A stretch of DNA of 64,000 bases from Lepidodermella squamata (lineage: Eukaryota > Animalia > Gastrotricha). The notes under the pieces were generated by a model, which made no database searches, was not told the DNA's origin, and saw only the letters and a program-made list of their open reading frames with translations. Below are positions 38,787-51,499 of this stretch, one piece after another. The stretch is taken from positions 1,798,001 through 1,862,000 of the forward strand of contig JBLDXI010000029.1 of the NCBI GenBank assembly GCA_047495785.1, written 5' to 3'. A program made the position numbers and the translations under genes. The first letter of the stretch is position 1. The number at the start of each line of letters is the position of its first letter.

Positions 38787-40232
38787 ACTTGTAGATGATG
38801 TGCATATATCACGTTTCCTTTTTCCTATGTATCAATGTTCCATTTAAGTATCATCCGTCCTTTTCAAACTAACTACTACGACTTTTGTACGTACATCTCC
38901 CGATGTTATAATTTAAGCTAGTTTTAGCCTGTAGAGAACTTGTGTTATTTATTTATATCACTTTTTCTGCGATTTCATACTAGAGGGCAGTTGATATAGG
39001 CGTCTTTTTATGCTCGTTTAAGCCGTCCAAGCCGTGTCGCAATTTTTTGAAGAACCAATAATGCGATCATTTCTGCGTGATCGGTGGTGCTGCATTTGAA
39101 CTTATTGTATAAATGATATTCAAATAAATGTTGGGATACCGAGTGATAACCAGGTCGGTCTGTGTCTGACATGAAATCCTAACCTGAGAGCTCGTAAAAT
39201 TCCTGAGTTCAGAAAACTGTTCCTTTAGAACTTAATTTTGGAACGAGCGGAGTGGTTTTTCGAAAGGTGCGTCCCTAATTTTTTGTTATCCCTAATGCCA
39301 ACACGATAGACCTTCATATTACAAGTATTCGCGCTATGAGCACTCAGTTTACGAATTTTACTTCATCCTATAGAGCCGATATCGATTCCAAATATCGATT
39401 TTACAAATCAGTGATTTTTCGGATATCAGCCGTCATGGAAGCCAACATCGATAATTTCTCTACGTAGCTTACGTAGTACCATGTAGCTAAAATAAAAATA
39501 AAATAAAAATCGCAAATAATCTAAAAACATTTAGTGCCAGGACGCTTAAATTTAGTGCTGGAACTTCATTTTTAGTGGTGGAATTATTTGGACCCATATT
39601 ATACTAAAGAAAGGGTGTAAATTTTTCTACCATCAATTTTGGGACTTTCACCAGGAAAATTCAAATTTCACCATCAATTTCGGGTTTTCTACCATCAAAT
39701 TAGAGCTTTCGCCAGCGAAATGGAAACCGTCATCAACTCAGGTACTTTTGCCAACAATAAGGATTTTTTTCTTATTTTTTCTATTAATTTAAATTTTCTA
39801 AATTAAATTTAAAATTATTATATATTGATTGGATTCTCTATTAATTAAAAAATCATCTTTGATTAAGCGGATAGTACAGGATATTTGAACCATCTTAGCG
39901 AGGCGAAGTTATTCGTGCAGTCTCCGTTGCTATGGAATGAGTCTCAAACGTTAACCATCTTATTATTAGAGTGTTTTTCGTTCCGTTCAACAATGGGAAA
40001 AATAATATTATTTCCAGCCGCACACCATGGTTAGTTTTTCACATCTCCATGAAAAATGAATAAAGCCTAAGTGAAGCAGCTCATACCACATAAACTATAC
40101 TACGCTTTGCCTTGGTCGACACGTGCGCATGTAGACTCGGGCTTGTTATGCCTACTACCACTACTACGACAACATCACTTCCCAACATGCTGCCTAATTA
40201 AAAAAGTCTTGGAGAAGAAACGTCACGAATTA

Positions 40233-42674
40233 ATGCTCAATACTTTCATTATTCGGGACATTTGCGCAGTTTTGGTAGGTCAATTGCCGAAAATTATTCA
40301 GGTCATTGAACAACTGAATCATTTTAATAGATAACACTGGTTTTGTGCTTTACCTATTTAACCCTGGCTCAAAGCGGGGAAACGAACTCTAGACCTCGAG
40401 CAACCGTCAAAGTTGGCCAGAGTAACCATAATCATAATTATCGATATTTTTTTATTATTTTATTACGCCTTTATTATAGAGTGTAACCCTAGAGAAAGGC
40501 GGCAGTGCGGGCTGAATGTCCGCTGCGCCCTGGCGCCTGGGTGCAATTTAGGCATCTGCAAGTGCATCTCGGGTGATTACAGGCCGGTGAACGATTTCGA
40601 CTGTGAGCAGGTGCTCCGTGAGGGTGAGCCATGCAGCGGGACGGACCGCGAGAGAAGACTCATGCCGCAAGGCGCAAATTGTGAAGCCATTAGCAGAAAG
40701 GTCACCTGCTTCAGCCGATTCGAAAGAGTAAGTTATTGAATATCTAATAAATGTATTATTTATTACGAAAATATAGAAAATCGATTTATTCAAATTTTAT
40801 TCAAGCCTATTTAAACTATTTTTTCCTCTAAAAATTATTTTCAAAAAAAAAATCAAATTATTTCCTCGAATTTCTAATTAAAAAATCCGCCTAACGACTA
40901 AGCCGCCCTTGACACTCCAGTCGCGACAACTCCGCACGGACAACTCCGCAAAATGAAATTAAAATTAATTAATTAATTATTTTGGCAACGACAACTCCGC
41001 AAGAGCCAAACTCATTCACATTTTTAAATTTTATTTAATTAATTGAAAAAAAATTTTAACGTCAACTCCGCAAATGACCATTTCAGATAACGACAAGTCC
41101 GTAAAATATTTATTTTTGCTTATTTGATTGATCTTTCGACTCCACGAGGCTACTTGAATTTGCTGAATCTAAAGCGATTTATAGTAAGAGTAAGATGGTT
41201 GTTAGGGTTTGCATTAGGTTTATGGTTTGGAATGGTTCGTTTTCGATTATTAAATAATTAATTTTGCGTAGGTATCGTTATCTGAGTTTGGCTATTGCGG
41301 AGTTGTCGTTGCCAAAATAATTAATTAATTAATTTTAAATTCATTTTGCGGAGTTGTCCGTGCGGAGTTGTCGCAATCTGTATTGACGCTGCGGTTTAGT
41401 CGTAGAACCAAAAAATCAGCTTATTAATTTATTCCGAAAATATTAAAACCATAATTTTAATTTATCAATTTTTTTCTAATTTTTTAATTACCTGATCTCT
41501 CAAACAAATTTATTCGATTTTTTCTAATTTTTTGGCTTCGATTCAAGACTGTGGATGGAATTTGCAAGCTGCAAAATGTAACCAGGGTCCTACTAAATTC
41601 GCCTTGCGATGATAAGCCACCTGGGTACTGCCCCTTTGATAAGGGCCTGATTTGCGAGCAAGACGCGACTACCGTATCCCCTGCCTCTACTTCAGCGACT
41701 ACAAATGCGACTAGTACTTCAACCACAACAATAGCAATGAGCACACGCCGGAGAAGAACGACGACAAGCAGCACTGTGACTGTTGCCAACGCTACGACAA
41801 CTAGGCCTATCTCGACTACGACGAAAAAACTTCGAAAATGCGTTTGCCAAGAAAGTTTGACTGCTCAAGAGGACGGAACTTGCAGATTACGTAAGTCTGA
41901 TGGAAAGCATAAATTAGCAAAAAATTAAAAAAATTTCAAGAAAATCTTTTTCAATTTTAATTTCAAAATTTCAACAATTTCAAAAATAAATATAACTTTC
42001 GTTTAATTTTCTAATTTAGCAAGGCATAATGATAAGTGCTTATTTGACATCGACTGCATCAACCCGTTTGACCCGAAAACCCGCGACGCCATGGTGTGTT
42101 CACGCGTCACGCGCCGCTGCGTTTGCAACTTCAACCACAACTACTACGAGGTCGGCTATATGACGGCCGATTTCACTGGACGCGAAAATTACGAAGTCAA
42201 GTGCTACGCGCGGTTCAATACCACAAAGGCGCGACAAAGTAAGGCTTTAATTGATCGAATTTTTATTTTTCCGGTGCTAATTTGTCTCATAGATGAGGGA
42301 TGCATGGACGGCTCTTTGGTCGGCATCATTACAGGCGCCGCTTTTTGCGCAGAAGGGACAATGTGCACGCGTAATAAAAAATTCGAATATTTTTTTCTGA
42401 AAACTATTGTTTCTATATCAAACAGAGTGTCCAGAGGATGGCGATCAGCCGTTATCGATATGCCGCAAAATGGCTGAGAAAAATGAAGACTCGGCTGGGT
42501 ATAATAGCTAAGAAATCAATTTGTCCCTTTCTAATTTTATCAAATTTATTCAGTGTTGAACTCAGCCTGAAACAAGCGACGTGGACTTCGGCTGCTGCCT
42601 GGATTTTATTAGCTCGACTTATATTATTGAGAGACACTGGCTTATCAATTGCTCTGAAATTTAACATTTTTTAG
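40233..42674 (+). CDS. Cys-rich EB-module-like surface protein with internal Thr-rich insert, paralog 4
   Basis: MLNTFIIRDICAVL|ITLVLCFTYLTLAQ...VKVGQ joins CNPRERRQCGLNVRC...; multiple exons; C-terminal WTSAAAWILLARLILL. Confidence 0.75.
40918..41380. mobile_element. MITE with long TIRs containing GACAACTCCGCA subrepeats
   Basis: Near-perfect ~80-bp terminal inverted repeats (gcgacaactccgcacggacaactccgcaaaatgaa... / ...ttcattttgcggagttgtccgtgcggagttgtcgc) inside an intron. No TSD is evident. Confidence 0.85.
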
Positions 42675-43410
42675 CTTTGGGGTGAAAAAATAAAAATGGT
42701 CCTTTCTTGAATAAAATTGATTTTTTTCATGAAACGTGTCATCGAGCTTATCTATAGCCAATTCCGATTTTAAATGTAGTTTGAAATCTCAGAGGACAAA
42801 CAATTCCTATATACTTATATGTGGGATGAATGAACAATTTTCGCCTCGCTGAAGTCGATGACCAATGGCTATAAAGAGCCGCGGCTTGTTTATTTATTGT
42901 TCATTGTCTCCGAAATGACTATGTTGTACAGCCGCTTCATAATTTTATTGGCCGTGTCCCGCCCTAATTTTCAATGAAATTTATTCATAAAAATAACATC
43001 TTTCAGCTTTCAGCCATCTTATATCCATTCTCACTATATGGTATAAAGTATGTAGAATGAGTTATTCTTTTTGCGAAACAGGGACTTATTCTGAGATAAT
43101 TATCATCTTTTAGATGTATGTGTGTATTTTATTGCCGTGTCGCGCTGTCATTTTTTATGCGCGCCTCGCCGCCCTCTTCACCTGTTACCCATTTTACGCG
43201 TTCACTGCTCGATTATCACGCATCGCAAACCAACAGAGTTTCACCCCCAGTCTTCTAGCCTTTATTCATAGCTGTAGGCGTTGAGCAGAATTCCCCACGT
43301 CACAGATTCTCGCAAAAATTTAATGGATACAATCTTACTACAATTAACGCCCGTTGTCCTCAATTGCTTTGCCATAAAATTCTTCATTTTATTAATTTAG
43401 GTCTTTCGCC

Positions 43411-45506
43411 ATGGTTTTGACTGCAGCTTCTTTGCTATCATCAGTAAGCAAATCCGAAAAATTGCAAATTTTTGATTTATTGTTGCTATGTTTTTGCAGA
43501 TTTTTTTCTTATCCTTATCCAGCCAACATATCGCTGCGGTGAAGCAAATCGGTGCAGGTAAGAATAGCTTGAATTCAAACATTCAAACTTAGAGCTAGCC
43601 ATAGATAATAATAATTATTATCTATGGAGCTAGCCTTTGGAAGAAATCTCGCTCTAACGATATAGAGGAAAATGTCTATGTTACCCATAATTTTATTATC
43701 TAATTTCATAAGCTTTAGAAAATTTGATTAGGATTAGAATATTTTTTTTCTTAATTGTGCAATTCACTCCCAAGATTTTGGAAACTCGAACCTCCATCTT
43801 TTAAGGTCTACATTTGTCCATCTTTAAAATTAAGGGCCAACACTCAATTTCAAGTTGTTTCCTTACTTGTTCAAAAATAATAGTCGATATCACCATGGAA
43901 TTGATAGCAGATATTGACAAATTTTGATCTTAAATTTTTAGCACGCTGATATTGGAAAATCACTTTTTTAATCGATTATTTAAGTCGATATTGGCCCCAC
44001 GGGCTGAAATACAACTCGTTCACTGACCATTAATATCGAAAAATGTGTTTAATATCGAAGATCTATCAGCCGAGTCGAGAGGTCGAGAGATTTAGGTCAA
44101 AATGATTTTTTCCATTTTTCAGTATGCGAGCCGGCTAAAAACGAGTGCGGCGTTTACGCGGTGTGCTACGTTCCTTACAAATGCGGCAAGGGCCGGTGCA
44201 CATGCGTGTCGAACGACTACCGCCCGGTGCCGAAGCAAGGCAGCGATAACGAACTGCCATCCGTTTTCAACTGCTCCCGCCTGCTGCTAATCGGCGACCC
44301 GTGTTCACCAACCGAAACACGCCTCCTCAACGTTGACGCCGGTTTCGTTTGCGTCAACTCAACCGTGACGTGTCGGGCAAATTTTGAGCCCTTGGGAAAT
44401 AACGCCTGCCGGCCGAAAGCGAACATTCAAGGCTCAGGGGCTGTGTGTAACGACACTGTCATGTGTAACCCACTTGTTGGGCTGACCTGTAATTTCGCGC
44501 CGGGCAATGCAAGCGTGAAAACGTGCCAGTGCCGGCAGGGCATGAAAATCGCGAAAAATGCTGATAAATACCCGTTTAGCGAGATTTGTACATTTCGTAA
44601 GTTATAAATAATTTAAAATTTTAATAATTTATGATTGATAAATTAATTCAATTTAAGGCGTTTAAAATTTAAAATTTGAATTCATTGACCTATTTCTTTT
44701 TCTATTTTTTTTAGCTGAGACTGGGGAAGCGTGTGACACTACGCCGCAATGCGTCGCGCAATATAACAATGTTCAGGACAAGAGCGTGTGTTCAAAGGCG
44801 GGTGTATGCGAATGCAGCCCTGGCTACGTCACAGCGCCCTATCCGTCGAATATCAACGACCTAATTAGCCCGACATTCAAGAAACCGGCATCGGTTAAAA
44901 ATTACTGCGTCAAAGGTACCTAATATTTCTCGCCATTCAGCGTGCCTAAATTTTTTATCAATATTAATTTAAATAATTTGCATAATTTATGCATGAGCTA
45001 ATTTTTGGGGAAATTCAGTAAATTATTGTTATAATTTTTTTTATTTTTTCTATAAAATTCCGAGGTTATTTTTCAATTGGAAACATTATGAATATTTAAA
45101 ATTCACATTTATTGATGGTCGAATTTTCTAGAAAATAAGAAAATAATTTTTCATTTTTTTCAGCGAAACAAAGTCGGGCGAAGCAGGGTGAGAAATGCAC
45201 TTTGATCGGGCCAATGATGGGCAGTACATCGGCTGAAGCGACGCTATGTGAAGACAATTTTCTATGCTACAGCTGCCCGGAATTCGACGAAGAAAATGGC
45301 AACGAAGCGCTAAGGTCCGGAAAATGCTTCCCAGATTACGACATCGCCGTAGTAGCGAACAAGCAAATTTGTAAGATTTTCAAAATTTATTTCAGAATTT
45401 TTTAATTTTTCAATTTATTTTAGCAAACGAGTCCTGGCGAGTGAGATCTGATTTTATCGGCGTCCATTTGGCGATTGCGGCTTCTATTTTAGTCATTATT
45501 TTCTAA
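43411..45506 (+). CDS. Cys-rich EB-module-like surface protein, paralog 5
   Basis: MVLTAASLLSS|IFFLSLSSQHIAAVKQIGA|VCEPAKNECGVYAVC...; last exon ends FIGVHLAIAASILVIIF*. Confidence 0.8.
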
Positions 45507-45955
45507 TTGATTTTTTTGACGAATTTTGAGAACATAATTCCTAAGCTATCACGCAACGGCTATGCAGCTTTCTATATGCTATTTTTCATCTCAACACACG
45601 AAAAAATTGTTGTGCTGTTTATTGTGAAAATTATATTATTATACTTATTATAATGTTATTATTTTCTTGGTGATTTTTCGAGCCGTTGCCAACCGCGCCG
45701 CTCTATTTGTGTGCGCATTTCCTTAGCAACGCGTCTCGCCTGAATTTCTGAATCAACACACACACAAAAACCTTAAATACCTGTAAGAAGCCAACTTATA
45801 AGTATAGTAGCATTAATCATTCGAAGGCAAACCATACTGATCGACTAGCACTCGCAAGATATACCTAGTCGTTAATCTGTTGTTTATTACTATCAATTAT
45901 TATCGAACAGTTGAACCAAGAATAAAAAGTCAAACTTCCGGTGCTTGAAAACAAA

Positions 45956-47523
45956 ATGAACGCCTATTTTTGCTCGATTTTCGTCTATTTTTTCTCAACG
46001 ATTTCGCTCGCAACTGCTGCTAAGCCTTATTTTTCACGTGAGTTGCCAATTAATTCCAGCTAAATTTGGGTTATTTTTTCAAAAATTAAATTTTGGAGAT
46101 TTTTGAGATTTTTAAGCTGGATTTTTAATTTTAAAAAAAATCCAAAATTTCCAATTTTATGATTTTTTTTAACAGTTTGCTCGCCAGCTCAAGGCAACTC
46201 AGATTGTGGAATAAACGCCGTTTGCCACGCCTCTACTCGATGCCAATACGGCCGATGTCTATGCAAAAGCGACGAATACCGACCGTTCAAAATCGAAACG
46301 CGAAACGGCACCGTTTACGGCTCAGATTGCGCTAAACTTCTGCGACTCGACGACAACTGCACCGGCGATTTCCTCGACCAGCACCTCATCCATCGCGAAG
46401 CCGGTCATGCGTGCATTGATGGCACTGTCCAATGCCTGCCGCCTTATTTCGTTCGGGGATTAGGGAATACTTGTGTTTTTGAGCCGTCGCTGAAATCCTA
46501 TGACCAGCCATGCGAGCCGGCTCAAAATGTTACCTGCAACCCTGTTTTGGGCCTGGTTTGCGTTAATGATACTATAAAACAAGCATGTGGATGTCCGCCT
46601 TACCAACGATGGTATCGAGATAGAAGGTTCCACTTTGGAGCCGGATGTGGTTATCGTAAGTAAAATTTACCAATCATATTTTTTTTAAATGAAAAAAAGC
46701 CATTTCTAGCCATTTCAAATTTTTCAAAATCTGAGAAAACTGCACGATTTAAAAAATTGCGAAAATTGCGACTTAATTTTCAATTATTATTCAAAAATGA
46801 TGATAAAAACATTGAAATTTCATTAATTTTTTTTCGAAATTCAGCCGAGCATGACGATCGCTGTGACGGAGACGATCAGTGTTCTGCTTCGAGGACGTTC
46901 GCAGTGGGCGCCCCTCTTGCACCGATCGGAGCCTGCCGCGGCCCGCCATTCACATGCAGATGCAATTTACCTAGCTACGTGCCGCTAAATTACCTCATTG
47001 CTTGGGAGAACAACACCTGGGAACGACCTAAGACACTTTGCGTACCGAGTAAGAATTTAAATTTTAATTAAATTTTAATTTTAAATTTAATTTAAATTTA
47101 TAATTTCAGATATGCCCGTAAAATCGAGCTTAGGAGGAACTTGCTGGATAACGCCGCCGTTCATGCTTGAAGCCGGTCGAATAACGGCTAAATCGACGAT
47201 CATTTGCAAAGATGATCTAGTTTGCCTTTCATGCCCTGATTTCACGCCAGACATGACCAAACCTCTACCTAACGACGGCATGCCACTGCCTGGAATTTGC
47301 GTCAATTTAAATCCAAGCACATGTAAGCTGCTCTTTTATAATTTTTCAAAATTTTCAATTGTTCGATAATTTTATTTTAGCTGGTGCGATCTCTACGATC
47401 GGTAGTCGATATTGGCAGATATGGATGCTGAATTGTTTGGCGATTTTCATGATTTTATTGAATTCTACCAAGCCCATTATCGTCGTATATGATGATTTAG
47501 CTATCTCGTCACCTCTGGTCTGA
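45956..47523 (+). CDS. Cys-rich EB-module-like surface protein, paralog 6
   Basis: MNAYFCSIFVYFFSTISLATAAKPYFS|LCSPAQGNSDCGINAVC...; five exons; hydrophobic WQIWMLNCLAIFMILL near the C-terminus. Confidence 0.8.
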
Positions 47524-48933
47524 TATTATTTCATTTTATTTTACTTTATTGCTCTGTGATAATTTGCGCTGTAAATAATTGGCTTGACAATGAACCATTG
47601 TCAAAAATGCAAAGATAAATTCCAATAAAATTGCTTTTTAGAATCTCGTCAATTTATGAATGCTGATAGCTGATCTGAAGAATACCGTAATTCTTTTCGA
47701 TTTTGAACATTTTCTCCGATCATTTTTTGGCTGAAATTAGGCCAATTGCAGGAGGGCACTTTCTGTTTACATTGGCCGAGTAAACTTTGAAAACGTGACC
47801 TTGCAGAAAAAAGCTCATGAAAGACGCGGATTTAGACTCGCTATGCTCCACTGCAATCTGCCGGGCCATTGTTTTCAGCCCACTGTCATTATTTTGCTAG
47901 ACTTCGCCCAGAATTACTTATTAGGTAGTAGATAATAGTAGTGGTGATGTTGGTTCCTTCCTAGAACAGTAAGGTGGCTAAGAGAATCCCGTGAAGTTTC
48001 TAGACACAATCTGAAAGGATTCTATCAAAAGACCCTGAATTTTTGAATCTTTTGGAATCTCGGGCATCGCCTAATCGGCTTAGGTTTTCGTTTTCATAGG
48101 CTTGAAGCCTACTAACCTGCCTCGAACGAAAATTTATGCATTATTTCTCGGGTATGTCTGCCCTAAAAAATAATTCCTAAAACATGCTTTTAACTTTGAC
48201 ATCGAAAGCCTCGGACATTTTTAGAGATTTCTGGCTGTTTTTTAGCGTTTTTACTGGCATTGTTCAGGGATTTTTGGGAAATTTCAAATTAATGGCAGAA
48301 ATACCCGGGAAATAATGTATAAATTTTCATTCGGGTGGCTTACTTGCAGAGTCCCTTGAAAAAGGAACTTTCCAGACGCTTTGAAGAGCGCGCGATAAGG
48401 GGCTAATGCCGAAAAATCAGCCGGTTTTTATTCCAAAATAAAATCTATATGCAGGTCTCTATTAATTGATATTTGGCGATTAATTCCTAGAATTCACCCG
48501 CTCTCTATCGGACCACGAAGACATTGGCGTTTAAAATTGCACCGGATTTGGGAGAATGGGGAAAGCAAAAAAAATACCAACATTAAAGCTTTCTACCAAC
48601 ATTTTATTTCTAAGTTCTATTTTTAGAGGTAATGCCGTGCGTTAGACAGGTTCCGCGCACTAGACCGCGTGCGCTTGCGGCATTTCGCGTAGGCGCCACT
48701 CACTCATAACAATGGCTCCACTACAACAGCTAAACACCGTCCAAGCAAGCAAGCAACTAAGGGCATCACGCCATTCATATTATTGTTCGCATACAAATAA
48801 CATTGCTGTTTGACTCAAGCTGCCGGTGGCCCCACTACACGATATACGCTACATTCATAAAAGCGTGCAACTTTCACATTGAACCTGCAACCTTAGACAC
48901 CCGCCTTAATTTTTTCTAGAAACTTACTCAATT

Positions 48934-50906
48934 ATGACAAGAAAAAATTACACATTCGAAGAGGTTAAGCAGGAAGTGAAAGCCGGCCGATGGCTGCTGA
49001 TCTACGAGCGGCAGGTCTACGACGTCGGTAAATGGAAGGACAAGCACCCTGGTGGTGAGCTGGTCATCCAGCACATGTTAGGCCGTGATGCCACCGACCA
49101 AATCCTAGGCAACCACTCGGCCGAAGTTGTCAACAAATACATGGGCAAGATGTTCATCGTCGGCGATTTGGTTGATGAAAAGAACCGCGGCGTGTGGTTC
49201 GACCGGCCTCAATCGATGGCCTACCGCGAGACGCATCGCAAGTTGACGGAGATGGGCGCGTTTGAGAACACCCTGACGTTTTTCGGCGTTCTCGCGCTCT
49301 TCATCCTCGCGCTTTGGTTTTCGTCCATTTTCATGCTGATGAAGTTTGGCGATACGTTTTTGGGGGTTACCGCAGCTGTACTCCTGCTTGCCTTCGCCTG
49401 GCAGAATACTGTCAGTTTTATGCATGACGGAGGCCATAACACCATTACGCATAATCGGATAGTGGATAATATAATTACTATAATTTTTACGAATTGCTTC
49501 ACCGGAATTGCTTGTGGCTATTGGAAAGCTACGCACTACCTTCACCATCTTGTCACTAACGATCCAGAGGTTAGTTTCAACTATTTTTCATTATTTTTCT
49601 CTCATTTGAGGAAATGAAAAGGTTCCATGCTAATTGAGCAAACGAAAATTGAGCAGCGAAAATAGAGCAAGGGCTTTTGAGCAACGACATAAGAGCAAAA
49701 TGAGATAAGAGCAAAACGACACAAGAGCAAATTTAATAATTAATTTTAGCTCTTAGGTATTTATTGTTAACAAAATTTGCTCTTGTGTCACTTTGCTCTT
49801 ATCTCATTTTGCTATTTATTCGTTTGCTCTTATGTCGTTGCTCAAAAGCCCTTGCTCTATTTTTGCTGCTCAATTTTCGCTTGCTCAATTAGCATAGACC
49901 AATGAAAAAGCAGCTAGCTTAAGAATTTTCTGGAAATGAAATTTCATATTTTAATAGTTCCCAATTTTTGAATTTTATTTGAAATTTCCAAAATAGCAAT
50001 TTCCGCAAATTATTTTGAAAATGTCCAAAAATTTGAAAATCGCAATCATTAAAATTATTTTTAAAACGTCAACAATAGTTATTTCAAAATTTCAAAAATT
50101 AGTTTTGAATCTTCAAAAATCGTTGAACACTCAATTTTTTTTATCTTAACGTCTGATGTCAATTTTATTTGATGGATATTGATTATTTCTAAGCTTTGTT
50201 TTTTTCGAATTTTCAGCATGACCCTCAAGCTCAAGTATTACCGCTCATCGCTCTTTCTGTTCGATCATTCGAAACGCTCTACTCAAGCTTCCACAAGCGT
50301 CCAATGCCGTATGACGACTTCGCCAGGCTGATCGTACCATTTCAACACATTTGCTACGTACCCTTCATGGGCCTATTCCGATTCGTCCTGTACAAGGAAA
50401 GCGTGTTGTACCTGATAAGGCACAAACGTGGTTACTGGAAGACCGAACTTGCTGCTATGTGTGTTTTCTGGATTTACCTCGGCTGGATGGTTAGTCTCAT
50501 CCCGACGCTCACCTACAAGTTCTACTTCTTCTTCAGCGTTCACTATCTGATGGTATTTTTCTACCTACTCTTCTTCGCGAGCCACTGGTCAATGTCCATG
50601 GATGAGATGGGCGAGAAGGAGGATTTCCTCGAGTACCAAGCCCGAACTACAGTTGACTTCCCTTGTCCGGAATACTTGGACTGGCTTCCTGTCGGGCTGC
50701 AATTTCAACTCGCTCACCATTTGTACCCGCGCATTTCGCAGCACAAGCTCCGGGCGGCGAATGACCTCGTTTTGGCCATGATGGATAAATTTAACCTGAA
50801 GTACAACACCATGGGTTATGTTGAGCTGAACCAAGACATCATTCGGCATCTGAAAGAAGTCGCAGAAGCTGCAAGGCAACTTGCTATGAAGGACAGGAAC
50901 AAGTGA
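48934..50906 (+). CDS. Cytochrome b5-fused (front-end-type) desaturase, most like sphingolipid delta-8 desaturases
   Basis: HPGG heme motif; His boxes HDGGH, HYLHH and QLAHH; phase-0 intron 49570-50217 joins TNDPE|HDP. Confidence 0.9.
49621..49900. mobile_element. 280-bp MITE with 8-bp TSD
   Basis: Long TIRs (ggttccatgctaattgagcaa... / ...ttgctcaattagcatagacc) with GAGCAA subrepeats, flanked by AATGAAAA at 49613-49620 and 49901-49908. Confidence 0.9.
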
Positions 50907-50923
50907 ACATAGAAGCAGATGGA

Positions 50924-51300
50924 TCCAATTTTGACCTAGATTCGGACAAATTGATTTCCTATCCTTTTCTTTATTCACCTATTTCCTTGAACCATCTGCA
51001 GAACATCAAATTTAACCAACATCAGGGTATTTTTCGGATATTACACGATGCAGAAAAATGACTCACTATTAAATCATGATGCTTGTAATAAAGGAGAAAA
51101 TTGCAAGATGACGACCAAAAGACCTATGATTAACATGAAATCTCATTTATTAGATGGAGCATGGAATGAATTACTTGGCAACCCGTGAAATTGCTACACA
51201 AAGGATGTCACTTATACATCAATCGCAGTGGAGGAGGTATGATAACCCAAGTATGCATTCGTTGTCATTCACTGGCTACATGAGGTATCATGCCCTGGGA
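50924..51300 (-). pseudogene. Decayed copy of the 3' end and 3' flank of the class C GPCR gene at 60817-63090
   Basis: Aligns by eye to ~60694-61110 (tccaattttgacc...; tgatgcttgtaataaag.agaaaa.tgcaagatga...; agacctatga.taacat), with indels. Confidence 0.8.
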
Positions 51301-51363
51301 AGCCCCATGCAACTCGAAAATGCCAGCTTTTAGCATACGTTCATTGAGGTAAAGATCCCTTTA

Positions 51364-51476
51364 GCTTATCATTGTAGCATGTGTTGAAGACATTCATTTC
51401 TTTTGCTAATAGTTTGTAATAGTTGAGAAAATAATAATTGAAATGAATGTCTTCAGCTCATGCTACACTGATAAGC
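51364..51476. repeat. Hairpin with 37-bp near-perfect stem
   Basis: gcttatcattgtagcatgtgttgaagacattcatttc (51364-51400) pairs with 51440-51476 with 3 mismatches. Confidence 0.8.
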
Positions 51477-51499
51477 ATCGCCAAGAAACAGGAAACAAC

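Noticed and set aside
40918-41380. Short repeated GACAACTCCGCA units considered as a CRISPR-like array
   Set aside because: The units are irregularly spaced, arranged in inverted symmetry and lie in a eukaryotic intron, so they are MITE subrepeats.
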